Assembly: GCA_964580925.1 (NCBI GenBank)
Contig: CAZOMI010000001.1
Coordinates: forward strand, 48-64,047
Reading direction: 5' to 3'
Origin: an uncultured Methyloversatilis sp.
GTDB lineage: Bacteria > Pseudomonadota > Gammaproteobacteria > Burkholderiales > Rhodocyclaceae
DNA length: 64,000 bases
Shown: positions 1 to 10,638 of the stretch, one piece after another
Layout: the number at the start of each line of letters is the position of its first letter
How positions within the stretch are numbered: the stretch's first letter is position 1
The notes under the pieces: generated by a model
What the model was told of the DNA's origin: nothing
The model's input: the letters and a program-made list of their open reading frames with translations, nothing else
The model's database searches: none
Made by a program: the position numbers and the translations under genes

Positions 1-1061
1 AGGATCGGGGCCTTGATCTTGTCGACGCGCTGTTGCACGGCAAGATATTCGACAATGCGTTCCTTGACCTTCTCCAGACCATAGTGGTCCCGGTCGAGGA
101 TTTTTTCAGCCGCGGACAGGTCTTTGGAAATGCGGGATTTCTTCTTCCACGGCAACGCGATCAGCGTGTCGATGTAATTGCGCACCACGGTGGCTTCAGC
201 TGACATCGGCGACATCAGCTTGAGTTTCTTCATCTCGGAGTTGGCTTTGGTCAGGGCTTCCTTGCTCATGCCGGCCGCCTTGATCTTCTTCTCCATTTCC
301 TCGATGTCGGCACCCTCTTCGCCTTCGCCGAGTTCCTTCTGGATCGCCTTCACCTGCTCATTGAGGTAATACTCGCGCTGACTCTTTTCCATCTGCCGCT
401 TGACGCGGCCACGGATGCGCTTTTCGACCTGCAAAATGTCGAGTTCGGTTTCAAGCTGCCCCAATAATTTGTCGAGACGCTCGTCTACGCCAAGCATTTC
501 GAGGATTTCCTGCTTGAGCTCGAGCTTCATCGGCAAGTGTGCGGCAATGGTATCCGCCAAACGCCCCGCTTCCTCGATCCCGGCCAGCGAGGTGATGATT
601 TCCGGCGGGATTTTCTTGTTCAGTTTCACATACTGGTCGAACTGCGCCAGGATAGTGCGCCGCATTGCCTCGATCTCATGACTGCCGCGCTCATTGAGCG
701 CAACCGGAGTCACTGCGGCAACGAACATCGCGTCGCGATCCTCGATGCGATCAATGTGCGCGCGATGTGCACCCTCGACCAGCACCTTGACTGTGCCGTC
801 GGGGAGCTTGAGCATCTGCAGAATGCTCGCAACGCAGCCAATCTCATACAGATCGGCACGATCGGGGTCATCCTTGGCAGCCGACTTCTGTGCAACCAGC
901 AGAATATTCTTGCCAGCCTCCATGGCTGATTCAAGCGCCTTGATCGACTTGGGACGGCCGACGAACAAAGGAATGACCATATGGGGAAACACCACGACAT
1001 CCCGCAAGGGGAGCAGTGGTAGCAGATTGTTTTCTTTAGAAATTTCGAGTTCGCCAGACAT
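1..1061 (-). CDS. lon: Lon protease (partial, runs off window start)
   Basis: Manual translation MSGELEISKENNLLPLLPLRDVVVFPHM...QREYYLNEQVKAIQKELG...DHYGLEKVKERI; follows clpX. Confidence 0.97.
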   Translation of the reverse strand, partial: MSGELEISKENNLLPLLPLRDVVVFPHMVIPLFVGRPKSIKALESAMEAGKNILLVAQKSAAKDDPDRADLYEIGCVASILQMLKLPDGTVKVLVEGAHRAHIDRIEDRDAMFVAAVTPVALNERGSHEIEAMRRTILAQFDQYVKLNKKIPPEIITSLAGIEEAGRLADTIAAHLPMKLELKQEILEMLGVDERLDKLLGQLETELDILQVEKRIRGRVKRQMEKSQREYYLNEQVKAIQKELGEGEEGADIEEMEKKIKAAGMSKEALTKANSEMKKLKLMSPMSAEATVVRNYIDTLIALPWKKKSRISKDLSAAEKILDRDHYGLEKVKERIVEYLAVQQRVDKIKAPI

Positions 1062-1094
1062 GGACGCTTCCTCTCTTGATTAGCCGTGGACTGC

Positions 1095-1122
1095 ACATGG
1101 GGGCAGCAACAAAGGATTCAAG
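1095..1122 (-). promoter_or_regulatory. Sigma-32 (RpoH) promoter of lon
   Basis: Minus strand CTTGAA-N14-CCCCATGT matches the RpoH consensus. Confidence 0.8.
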
Positions 1123-1171
1123 CCGCTTTACGGCAGCGGCAAGGCGAAACAAAAACAGGATAAAAGCAAAC

Positions 1172-2440
<1,269 letters not shown>

Positions 2441-2442
2441 CT

Positions 2443-3105
2443 TTATTGATCCTTTGCATCACCACGGCTGGACAGTACTTTGTCGGCCAAACCGAATTCG
2501 ACCGCACCCTCCGCCGACAGGAAGTTGTCGCGATCGGTGTCGCGCTCGATACGCTCGATTGGCTGGCCGGTATGCCTGGCCAGCATTTCGTTCAAGCGCT
2601 GCTTGAGGTAGAGGATTTCCTTGGCGTGAATTTCGATATCGGAGGCCTGCCCCTGGAAACCGCCCATCGGCTGATGGATCATCATGCGCGAATTCGGCAG
2701 GCAATAGCGCTTGCCGGCCGCGCCCGCCGCCAGCAGGAAGGCGCCCATCGAGGCTGCCTGACCAATGCAGAGGGTCGACACATCCGGCTTGATGAACTGC
2801 ATGGTGTCGTAGATCGCCAGGCCCGCCGTTACCGAACCACCGGGCGAGTTGATGTAGAGATACACCTCCTTGTCCGGATTTTCCGATTCAAGGAACAGCA
2901 ATTGAGCGACAATCAAATTGGCTGTCACGTCATTCACGGGACCCACCAGGAAGATCACCCGCTCCTTCAGCAGACGCGAGTAGATATCGTAGGCGCGCTC
3001 GCCGCGACCACTGGTCTCGATCACCATCGGCACCATACCCAGCGCCTGGGGTTCGGTCATGGCCTGCAGTTCAGCCATCTGTGCGACTAAATTTGTCATG
3101 GTCAT
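2443..3105 (-). CDS. clpP: Clp protease proteolytic subunit (start uncertain)
   Basis: [35 protein letters not shown]. Confidence 0.98.
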   Translation of the reverse strand: MTMTNLVAQMAELQAMTEPQALGMVPMVIETSGRGERAYDIYSRLLKERVIFLVGPVNDVTANLIVAQLLFLESENPDKEVYLYINSPGGSVTAGLAIYDTMQFIKPDVSTLCIGQAASMGAFLLAAGAAGKRYCLPNSRMMIHQPMGGFQGQASDIEIHAKEILYLKQRLNEMLARHTGQPIERIERDTDRDNFLSAEGAVEFGLADKVLSSRGDAKDQ

Positions 3106-3131
3106 TTGCGTGTGGGGGAAGTTCCCCTTCA

Positions 3132-4469
3132 TCATGCCGCATTACCCATCAATTCGTCAAAGGCGACTGCCTTGTCGCTGACCTGGACATTGGCCAGCAC
3201 CCAGTCGACCACATTGTTCTCCATCGCCAAAGCTTCGGCTTCGGCCAGGCGCTGGGGCTGGCTGTAATACCAGCGCACCACTTCCTTGGGATCCTCGAAG
3301 GTGGCGGCAAAATCATCGACCACGGCCCGCACATCGGCCGGCTGGACGTGCAGGTCCTTTTCCGAGACCAGCTCGGCAACAATCAGTCCGAGACGTACGC
3401 GCCTGGCAGCCTGATCGGTAAACCAGCTGGCCTGGACGGGAATGTTCTTCATCTGCGCACCACGGCTTTCCAGGTCCTGGCGCGCCTTGTCGGCCATCTG
3501 CTGCGCTTCGACGTCAACCATCGCCGTCGGCACATCGATCGGGTTGGTTTCAAGCAGGGCATTCATCGCCTGCTCCTTGACGCGGGCGCGCAGGCGCTTG
3601 GCCACTTCACGTTCGAGATTGGTGCGTACTTCGACACGCATCTTGTCGGTATCGCCATCGGCAATTCCCAGCGCGCGGGCAAAGTCGGCATCGACCGCCG
3701 GCAATTGCGGGGCTTCGACCGCTTTCACCTGGATGGTGAATTGCACGGTGTTGCCCGCCAGGTCGACGGCGTGATAATCCGCGGGGAAGGTGGCGTCAAA
3801 GACCTTTTCCTGGCCAACCGTCACCCCATCCAGGGCAGCCTCGAAATCTGGAATCATCATGCCGCTGCCAAAGGAAACCGCATAATCGGTCGCCGAACCG
3901 CCATCGAAGGTCTCGCCATTCTTCCGACCGGTGAAGTCGATCACCAGTCGATCACCCTTTTCAGCCGCACGTTCGGCAGCGGCGTAAGTCGTGCGCTGCT
4001 TGCGCAACACCTCGATGGTCTTGTCGACCTCGGCATCGCCGACCGTCAGCACCGGCCTTTCGATGGCGCGACCGGCAACGTCGGCAATCTTGAATTCCGG
4101 AAACACTTCAAAGATTGCGGTAAACGCCATCTGGCTCTTGTCAGCAGACTCCTTGGGCTCGATGCGCGGCTGGCCGGCGATGCGCAGATTCTGTGCGCGC
4201 ACTGTAGCGCCGAAGGCCTTTTCGATGGCGGCACCGAGGGCTTCGGAACGCGCCTGACCGCCATACATCTGCGCGACCATCTTCATCGGCACCTTGCCGG
4301 GACGGAAGCCCGCCATCTTGGTGGTCTTGGCAATCTTCATGAGCTGCTTCTCGACCTCCTGCTCGATCTCGGTCATCGCCACGCTCATATCGATGCGACG
4401 CTCCAAGGGGTTGGGCTTGGCTGCCTCAGTAGTGGTCGGGGTGGTGGTGGTGTCCTGAGTCGTTTCCAT
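3132..4469 (-). CDS. tig: Trigger factor
   Basis: GFRPGKVP motif, FKBP domain, tig-clpP-clpX-lon synteny. Confidence 0.98.
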   Translation of the reverse strand: METTQDTTTTPTTTEAAKPNPLERRIDMSVAMTEIEQEVEKQLMKIAKTTKMAGFRPGKVPMKMVAQMYGGQARSEALGAAIEKAFGATVRAQNLRIAGQPRIEPKESADKSQMAFTAIFEVFPEFKIADVAGRAIERPVLTVGDAEVDKTIEVLRKQRTTYAAAERAAEKGDRLVIDFTGRKNGETFDGGSATDYAVSFGSGMMIPDFEAALDGVTVGQEKVFDATFPADYHAVDLAGNTVQFTIQVKAVEAPQLPAVDADFARALGIADGDTDKMRVEVRTNLEREVAKRLRARVKEQAMNALLETNPIDVPTAMVDVEAQQMADKARQDLESRGAQMKNIPVQASWFTDQAARRVRLGLIVAELVSEKDLHVQPADVRAVVDDFAATFEDPKEVVRWYYSQPQRLAEAEALAMENNVVDWVLANVQVSDKAVAFDELMGNAA

Positions 4470-4522
4470 GAAGAATCCTTGAATGTTTCAATCTACGCCC
4501 ATGCAACGCATGAACGACATTG

Positions 4523-4607
4523 TGGTGCGAAGGGCGGGACTCGAACCCGCACAGGTTGCCCCGCTGGAACCTAAATCCAGTGCGTCTACCAATTCCGCCA
4601 CCCTCGC
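4523..4607 (-). tRNA. tRNA-Leu (TAG)
   Basis: GCGAGGGTGGCGGAATTGGTAGACGCA CTGGA-TTTAGGT-TCCAG ...GGTTCGAGTCC...CCA, long variable arm. Confidence 0.97.
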
Positions 4608-4662
4608 GCGACCCGCGATTTTAACGCTGAATTTGCCAAACTAACACCTATACTGGCGCCCG

Positions 4663-5478
4663 ATGGCCGTTGATCACTACGAGAATTTCCCCGTTGCTTC
4701 AATCTTGCTGCCGGCGAGGCTTCGCCCGGCGGTCGCCGCGATCTATGTTTTTGCCCGCACTGCCGACGATTTCGCCGATGAAGGCAATCTGCCCGCCACG
4801 GAACGGCTGCGCCTGCTGGACAACTACCGGCACGAACTCGACCGGATTGAACGCAACGAGCCGAGCGTTCATCCGGTCTTTCACCGCCTCCGTCCGCATA
4901 TCGAGGAACATCGGTTGCCGTTGGCGTTATTCCGCGACCTGCTCGACGCCTTCGCCCAGGATGTGGCGAAAACCCGCTATGCCAGCTTCGACGAACTGAT
5001 GGATTACTGCCGCCGCTCCGCCAATCCGGTCGGTCGCTTGCTGCTCTACCTGTTCGGCGCCGCCACGCCCGACAATCTGCGCCGCTCGGATGCCATCTGC
5101 TCGGCGCTGCAACTCATCAATCACTGGCAGGATGTCGGCATCGACGCAGCCAAACCGGTGCCGCGCATCTACCTGCCGCGGGACGACATGGCGCGCTGCA
5201 AGGTCAGTGAAGAGAGTATTTTGCGCCGTGTCACCAGCGCCGACTTTCGCGCCCTGCTGCACTTCCAGGTCGACCGTGCCCGTACGCTGATGAAATCCGG
5301 CGCGCGCCTCGGCCATGACCTGCCCGGCCGCATCGGGCTCGAAATCCGCGTCATTGTTGCCGGTGGTCTCTCCATCCTCGACAAGATCGAAGCGGCCGAC
5401 TACGACGTATTCAACCGGCGGCCGGTGCTGGGCGCGCTCGACTGGCCGCGCATTCTGATCAGGGCACTGCGCCCATGA
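4663..5478 (+). CDS. hpnC: Squalene synthase HpnC
   Basis: HYENFPVAS, ADDFADEG, YCRRSANPVGR. Confidence 0.95.
   Translation: MAVDHYENFPVASILLPARLRPAVAAIYVFARTADDFADEGNLPATERLRLLDNYRHELDRIERNEPSVHPVFHRLRPHIEEHRLPLALFRDLLDAFAQDVAKTRYASFDELMDYCRRSANPVGRLLLYLFGAATPDNLRRSDAICSALQLINHWQDVGIDAAKPVPRIYLPRDDMARCKVSEESILRRVTSADFRALLHFQVDRARTLMKSGARLGHDLPGRIGLEIRVIVAGGLSILDKIEAADYDVFNRRPVLGALDWPRILIRALRP
5224..5247 (-). repeat. 24-bp motif A copy in hpnC
   Basis: CGCCGTGTCACCAGCGCCGACTTT; reads RRVTSADF. Confidence 0.8.
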
Positions 5479-6308
5479 ACCCCGACGACTACTGCACCCA
5501 GAAGGCCCGGGCCAGCGGCTCGAGCTTTACCGTGAGCTTTCGCTTCCTCGAACCGCGGCGACGCCAGGCCATCACGGCGTTTTACGCCTTTTGCCGCGAG
5601 GTCGACGACGTTGTCGATGAATGCCGTGAGCCGGCCATCGCCCGCGTCAAGCTCGACTGGTGGCGCGCCGAACTCGCCGCGCTCGAAACCGGAACACCGT
5701 CCCATCCCGTCACGCAGGCGCTCGCCACGGCGCGCGCGCATTTCGCCCTGCCGGTGGAACAACTCGGCGAGATCATCGACGGCATGCAGATGGACCTCGA
5801 ACAGACGCGCTATGCCGACTTCAAGGCCCTGCAACTGTATTGCCACCGCGTCGCCGGCGTGGTCGGCCTGCTCGCCGCCGAAATTTTCGGCTACAGCGAC
5901 AGGCATACCCTGAAATACGCGCACGCCCTCGGACTGGCCTTTCAGCTCACCAACATCATCCGCGATGTCGGCGAAGATGCCCGCCGCGACCGCATCTACC
6001 TGCCGCAGGATGAACTGGAGCGCTTCGGCGTCAGCGCAGCGGACATCCTGCACAGCCGTCACACCCCGGAATTCCAGGCGCTGATGCAATTCCAGGCCGA
6101 ACGGGCCCGCGAGCATTACACGCGCGCCCTCGCCCAACTGCCCGCCGCCGACCGCAAGGCGCAGCGCGCCGGGCTGATGATGGCCGCCATCTACCGGACG
6201 CTGCTCGACGAAATCGCGCGTGACGGCTTTCTGGTGCTTGACCGCCGCACCTCCCTGCCGCCGGCACGCAAGCTGTGGCTGGCCGTCAAGACATGGCTGG
6301 CAACGTAA
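5475..6308 (+). CDS. hpnD: Presqualene diphosphate synthase HpnD
   Basis: SGSSF, FCREVDDVVD, QLTNIIRDVGED. Confidence 0.95.
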   Translation: MNPDDYCTQKARASGSSFTVSFRFLEPRRRQAITAFYAFCREVDDVVDECREPAIARVKLDWWRAELAALETGTPSHPVTQALATARAHFALPVEQLGEIIDGMQMDLEQTRYADFKALQLYCHRVAGVVGLLAAEIFGYSDRHTLKYAHALGLAFQLTNIIRDVGEDARRDRIYLPQDELERFGVSAADILHSRHTPEFQALMQFQAERAREHYTRALAQLPAADRKAQRAGLMMAAIYRTLLDEIARDGFLVLDRRTSLPPARKLWLAVKTWLAT

Positions 6309-7921
6309 ATGATCCCGTAGCCGCGCGGGTGGCCGTGGTGGGCGCCGGCTACGCCGGACTCGCCGCTGCCGTCGAACTGGCCGCCGCCGGATTCAAAGTC
6401 GATGTTTTCGAAGCCTCGCGCACCCTCGGCGGACGCGCCCGCGCGGTCGAACTCGATGGCCTGACCGTCGACAACGGCGCGCACATCCTCGTCGGCGCCT
6501 ACCGCGAAACCTTGCGGCTGATGGAAAAAGTCGGCGCCGGGCCGTCCCAAGCCGACGCCCCCCCGGTCACCGCTTCGGGTGATTTCATGGGGGGGAGCGA
6601 GCCGGGGTTGCGAACGCGGGGGGCCAACAAAGTCGGCGCTGGCGGGATGAAATGCCCCGCAGCGGGTACGGCGTCAGCGGACATGCCACGAAGTTTCTTG
6701 GCGACGGAACCTCTTGCAGAACACTTCGTCATTCCGGCGAAAGCCGGAATCCAGGAACCTCACCTAGGCAAAGAAAGACTGGATTCCGGCTTTCGCCGGA
6801 ATGACGATCTGCATTTTTCGAAAGTTTCGACATTACAGCGACTACCACTGCATCTGGAGTTTCCCGGCCAGATGAAAATCACCGCCCCCCATCTGCCCGC
6901 ACCTTTGCATCTGGCCTGGGCGCTGCTCACGGCGCAAGGCTTGTGCTTCGCCGAGAAATTCGCCGCCATCCGCTTCATGCGCGCCCAGCAGGCGCGCAAC
7001 TTCCGGCTTGCCGCGGACATGACGGCTGCCGAATTGTTCGCGGACCAGCCCGCGCGCCTGCGCCGCTACCTGTGGGAACCGCTGTGCCTCGCCGCTCTCA
7101 ATACGCCGGTCGCCATCGCCTCGGCGCAAGTCTTTCTGAACGTCCTGCGCGACAGCCTTGCCGCCGACCGCGCCGCTTCCGATCTGCTGTTGCCGGCCAC
7201 CGATTTCTCCAGCCTGTTCCCCGAACCGGCGGCGCGCTATCTGGAAGAACACGGCAGTCGGATGCTGCGCTCGACCCGCATTACCGAGCTTGCAAAAGTC
7301 GGCGTGACCGCAGGAAATCCCCGTGGGACCGGCTGGACGGCGTCGGGACATGGCGATACTCATGGACCTTACGACCACCTGATCCTGGCCACCGCGCCCT
7401 ACCATCTGCCGCAACTGCTGGCGCCGCACCCCGAATTTGCCGCGCTGTACCGGAAAATTGAAGCGTTGCGCTGGCAACCCATCATCACGGCCTATCTCGC
7501 CTACCCGGCAACGGTGCGCCTGCCATTTGCCATGGTCGGCATGGCAAGTAACGCTGCTGGTGTTGGCGGCCACGCTCAATGGCTGTTCGACCGTGGCGCG
7601 CTGTGCGGGCAGCATGGCCTCATCGCGGCAGTCATCAGCGGCGATGGCCCGCACCAGGCGCTTGACCATACCGCACTGGCAGCCGCCATCCATGGCGAAA
7701 TCGCCCGCCTGCTGCCCGGCCTGCCGGCACCGCAAGGCAGTTGGGTCATCGAGGAAAAGCGCGCCACCTTTGCCTGCACGCCCGGTATGCAACGCCCGCC
7801 CACCGCCACGGACTGCGCCAATGTCTGGCTTGCCGGCGATTATGTGGCCGGCGACTATCCGGCCACGCTCGAAGGCGCGATACGCAGCGGCGTTGCAGCG
7901 GCACGCGCCATCATCGGCTAA
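6293..7921 (+). CDS. hpnE: Hydroxysqualene dehydroxylase HpnE with in-frame repeat-derived insertions
   Basis: VVGAGYAG FAD motif, DNGAHIL, EKRATF, YPATLEGAIRSG; insert of about 100 aa after LMEKVGA. Confidence 0.9.
   Translation: MAGNVNDPVAARVAVVGAGYAGLAAAVELAAAGFKVDVFEASRTLGGRARAVELDGLTVDNGAHILVGAYRETLRLMEKVGAGPSQADAPPVTASGDFMGGSEPGLRTRGANKVGAGGMKCPAAGTASADMPRSFLATEPLAEHFVIPAKAGIQEPHLGKERLDSGFRRNDDLHFSKVSTLQRLPLHLEFPGQMKITAPHLPAPLHLAWALLTAQGLCFAEKFAAIRFMRAQQARNFRLAADMTAAELFADQPARLRRYLWEPLCLAALNTPVAIASAQVFLNVLRDSLAADRAASDLLLPATDFSSLFPEPAARYLEEHGSRMLRSTRITELAKVGVTAGNPRGTGWTASGHGDTHGPYDHLILATAPYHLPQLLAPHPEFAALYRKIEALRWQPIITAYLAYPATVRLPFAMVGMASNAAGVGGHAQWLFDRGALCGQHGLIAAVISGDGPHQALDHTALAAAIHGEIARLLPGLPAPQGSWVIEEKRATFACTPGMQRPPTATDCANVWLAGDYVAGDYPATLEGAIRSGVAAARAIIG
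6527..6673 (+). repeat. Motif A with 11-bp duplication around a short family-B hairpin element, plus a 21-bp insert
   Basis: AAAGTCGGCGC at 6527 and 6629 flank GGGCCGTCCCAAG...GGGGGGAGCGAGCCG..GTTGCGAACGCGGGGGG; the second copy is split by TGAAATGCCCCGCAGCGGGTA. Confidence 0.8.
6726..6807. repeat. CGTC-type palindromic repeat pair (RPE/REP-like), in frame within hpnE
   Basis: TCGTCATTCCGGCGAAAGCCGGAATCCAG ... CTGGATTCCGGCTTTCGCCGGAATGACGA; encodes VIPAKAGIQ...LDSGFRRND. Confidence 0.92.
7295..7342 (+). repeat. Motif A with 24-bp hairpin insert (hpnE)
   Basis: AAAGTCGGCG[TGACCGCAGGAAATCCCCGTGGGA]CCGGCTGGACGGCG. Confidence 0.8.
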
Positions 7922-7952
7922 TTGGTTACCGCCCTCAAGCACACGCGATCAG

Positions 7953-8069
7953 TTACGCCTGCCCCGCAAGGCAGACAGACAGCGCACGTGCGGCGGCGGT
8001 ATCGACCACCTGCGTCACGCCGAGGAAGGGGTTGATCCTCCGCACGGCATGACAGCGCGCCTCGCTCAA
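7953..8069 (-). pseudogene. Short ORF or truncated gene remnant (38 aa)
   Basis: TTG overlaps the upstream TGA; MSEARCHAVRRINPFLGVTQVVDTAAARALSVCLAGQA*; ends in a GC hairpin. Confidence 0.4.
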
Positions 8070-8260
8070 GCGGCGATGCCCAGCTTCTTGCGCAACTGGC
8101 TCATCAGGGCTTCGGCGCCGTCCTGCATTGCCGGATCGATGATGTCATACAGATATTCAAGCTCGTCCAGCACGGTTTCCATTTCCTTGCGGTCGCTCAA
8201 ATCCTTCATGCGCACGGCGATTTGCTGAAGGTAGAGATGGGGATCAACGGGTCCGCTCAT
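8066..8260 (-). CDS. Small helical hypothetical protein
   Basis: 64 aa, SD AAAGGAG upstream, protein-like composition. Confidence 0.75.
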   Translation of the reverse strand: MSGPVDPHLYLQQIAVRMKDLSDRKEMETVLDELEYLYDIIDPAMQDGAEALMSQLRKKLGIAA

Positions 8261-8295
8261 GCTGGCTCCTTTCAGTAGTTAAAAAACCATTCCGC

Positions 8296-8991
8296 CTAGA
8301 CCAGTCGCCCCGCCGCGAGGTGGATGACCCGCCCGCAGCGGCGTGCCAGCAATTCGTCATGCGTGACGAGGATCAGTGTCGTGCCCTGCTCGGCATTCAT
8401 CTCGAACATCAGGTCGATCACCTGCTGGCCGGTGGCGGCATCGAGGTTGCCGGTCGGTTCGTCGGCGAGCAACAGGCGTGGGCTCACCGCGAAGGCGCGG
8501 GCCAGGGCCACACGCTGCTGTTCGCCACCGGACAGGTGTTTCGGATAATGGCCGAGGCGGTCGGCCAGGCCAACACGCGCCAGCATGGCCTCGGCGACGG
8601 TTCTGGGGTCGGGCGCAAACTGGCTGCCCAGCAGTTCCAGCGGCAGCATGACGTTTTCGAGCGCCGTCAGCGCCGCGAGCAGGTGAAACGCCTGGAACAC
8701 GAAACCCAGTTCGCGGCCGCGCAACGCGGCGCGGCCGTCTTCGTCGAGCCCGGCCAGATCGTGGCCGGCCAACTGCACGCGGCCACGGGTCGGCAGGTCG
8801 AGCCCGGCCAGCAGGCCAAGCAGGGTAGACTTGCCGGAACCCGACGCGCCGACGATGGCAACCGCCTCGCCGCCCTGCACGCTGAAATCGATCTCGTGCA
8901 GAATCGTCAACATGCGGTCGCCGCCGGTGGCATTGGTGCCACTGACGACGTCCTTGCCCAGCCCTTCAACCTGCAAAACTATTTCAGTCAT
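8296..8991 (-). CDS. ABC transporter ATP-binding protein (YbbA-like)
   Basis: GASGSGKS, LSGGEQQRV, ADEPTGNLD; divergent overlap with a tesA-like gene as in E. coli. Confidence 0.93.
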   Translation of the reverse strand: MTEIVLQVEGLGKDVVSGTNATGGDRMLTILHEIDFSVQGGEAVAIVGASGSGKSTLLGLLAGLDLPTRGRVQLAGHDLAGLDEDGRAALRGRELGFVFQAFHLLAALTALENVMLPLELLGSQFAPDPRTVAEAMLARVGLADRLGHYPKHLSGGEQQRVALARAFAVSPRLLLADEPTGNLDAATGQQVIDLMFEMNAEQGTTLILVTHDELLARRCGRVIHLAAGRLV

Positions 8992-9604
8992 GGCCCGATT
9001 ATCCACCCTGTTGTTCCTGCTTGTCATCGGCATACGCAGTGTATGCGCTGCCGACACCGTGCTGGTGTTCGGCGACAGCCTGTCCGCCGGCTATGGCATT
9101 GCCGTGCAGCAAAGCTGGCCGGCCCTGCTGGCAGAACGGCTGCAGCGGGAAAAACTGCCCTACCGTGTCATCAATGCAAGCATTAGCGGTGCAACAACGG
9201 CGGGTGGCCGCACCCGGCTGCCGACTGTGCTGAAACACCACCGCCCGGCGGTCGTCATTCTGGCGCTGGGCGCCAACGACGGCCTGCGCGGCCTGCCGGT
9301 GACCGAGTCGCGCGCCAACCTGGCGCAAATGGCGCGCGCCGCCAAGGCGGCCGGGGCACGTGTCTTGCTGGTGGGCATGCAACTGCCGCCCAATTATGGA
9401 CCAAGCTACACGCGCGACTTTGCGGCACTGTTCAGTACTGTGGCCAAGCAGGAAAAAACCGCCCTGCTTCCCTTCCTGCTCGAACCCATCGCGCTGGACG
9501 ACGCCGCCTTTCAGGCCGATCGTCTGCACCCGACCGCCGCCGCGCAACCCAAAATCCTCGATCACGTCTGGAAAAGTCTGAAGCCGCTGCTCAAACCACG
9601 TTAA
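8990..9604 (+). CDS. tesA: Arylesterase/thioesterase I (SGNH)
   Basis: Signal peptide, GDSLSAGYG, LGANDG, DRLHP. Confidence 0.92.
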   Translation: MARLSTLLFLLVIGIRSVCAADTVLVFGDSLSAGYGIAVQQSWPALLAERLQREKLPYRVINASISGATTAGGRTRLPTVLKHHRPAVVILALGANDGLRGLPVTESRANLAQMARAAKAAGARVLLVGMQLPPNYGPSYTRDFAALFSTVAKQEKTALLPFLLEPIALDDAAFQADRLHPTAAAQPKILDHVWKSLKPLLKPR

Positions 9605-10631
9605 GCAGCGCTTCGCCGGCCGCCAGCGAACCGATCACCGTCGCCGGCGCAAAGCCATCGGCATGGAAAGCCGCCAGCACTTCGGCGACACTTTCCGGCG
9701 CACAGGCCACCAGCAGTCCGCCGCTGGTCTGTGGATCGGTCATCACCTTCTGCTGCCATTCTTCCAGTGCCGGCGCGAGTTGCACCGAAGGGCCGTAGCT
9801 CGACCAGTTGCGGCTCGACGCCCCGGTGGCAATGCCGGCGCGCACGTGCGTGACCGCTTCTTCGATGAGGGGCAGGCGATTGAACTCCACCCGTGCCGCG
9901 AGACGCGAACCACGGCAGATTTCAAGCAGATGGCCGGCCAGGCCAAAGCCGGTGACATCCGTCACCGCATGCACGCCGGGCATCTTGGCGAGCTGCGGGC
10001 CGACCGTGTTCAGCTGCGTCGTCCAGCGCAACATCTCGGCATAGCCCGCGTCGGAAAGCAGCCCCTTTTTCAGGGCTCCCGACAAAATGCCGATGCCGAG
10101 TGGCTTGCCGAGGATCAGCACATCGCCCGCCTGCGCCCCGGCATTTCTCTTCAGGTGCGCCGGATGAACGATGCCGATGCCGACCAGGCCATAGATCGGT
10201 TCCAGCACATCGATGGAATGACCACCGGCGATGGGAATGCCCGCCGCCGCACAGACGGATTCGCCGCCGGCGAGGATCTGCCGGATCACCTCTTCCGGCA
10301 GCTTGTCGAGCGGCATGCCGACAATGGCCAGCGCGAAGATCGGCGTGCCGCCCATGGCATACACGTCGGACAGCGCGTTGGTGGCGGCGATGCGGCCGAA
10401 GTCGAAGGGGTCATCGACGATCGGCGTGAAGAAATCGGTGGTCGCCACCACCGCCTGCGTGTCGTTGAAGCGATATACCGCCGCGTCGTCGGCGGTTTCG
10501 ACGCCGACCAGAAGGTCGGCGGGCAATGCCCTGAGCGGGGAATCGGCGAGCAGGCGGGACAGGACAGCCGGCGCAATTTTGCAGCCGCAGCCGCCGCCGT
10601 GGGAGAATTCGGTCAATCTGATCTTTTTCAT
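9591..10631 (-). CDS. selD: Selenide, water dikinase (Cys form)
   Basis: LTEFSHGGGCGCK, DDAAVY, DFFTPIVDDP, DVTGFGL, DPQTSGGLL. Confidence 0.97.
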   Translation of the reverse strand: MKKIRLTEFSHGGGCGCKIAPAVLSRLLADSPLRALPADLLVGVETADDAAVYRFNDTQAVVATTDFFTPIVDDPFDFGRIAATNALSDVYAMGGTPIFALAIVGMPLDKLPEEVIRQILAGGESVCAAAGIPIAGGHSIDVLEPIYGLVGIGIVHPAHLKRNAGAQAGDVLILGKPLGIGILSGALKKGLLSDAGYAEMLRWTTQLNTVGPQLAKMPGVHAVTDVTGFGLAGHLLEICRGSRLAARVEFNRLPLIEEAVTHVRAGIATGASSRNWSSYGPSVQLAPALEEWQQKVMTDPQTSGGLLVACAPESVAEVLAAFHADGFAPATVIGSLAAGEALLNVV

Positions 10632-10638
10632 GATGACA

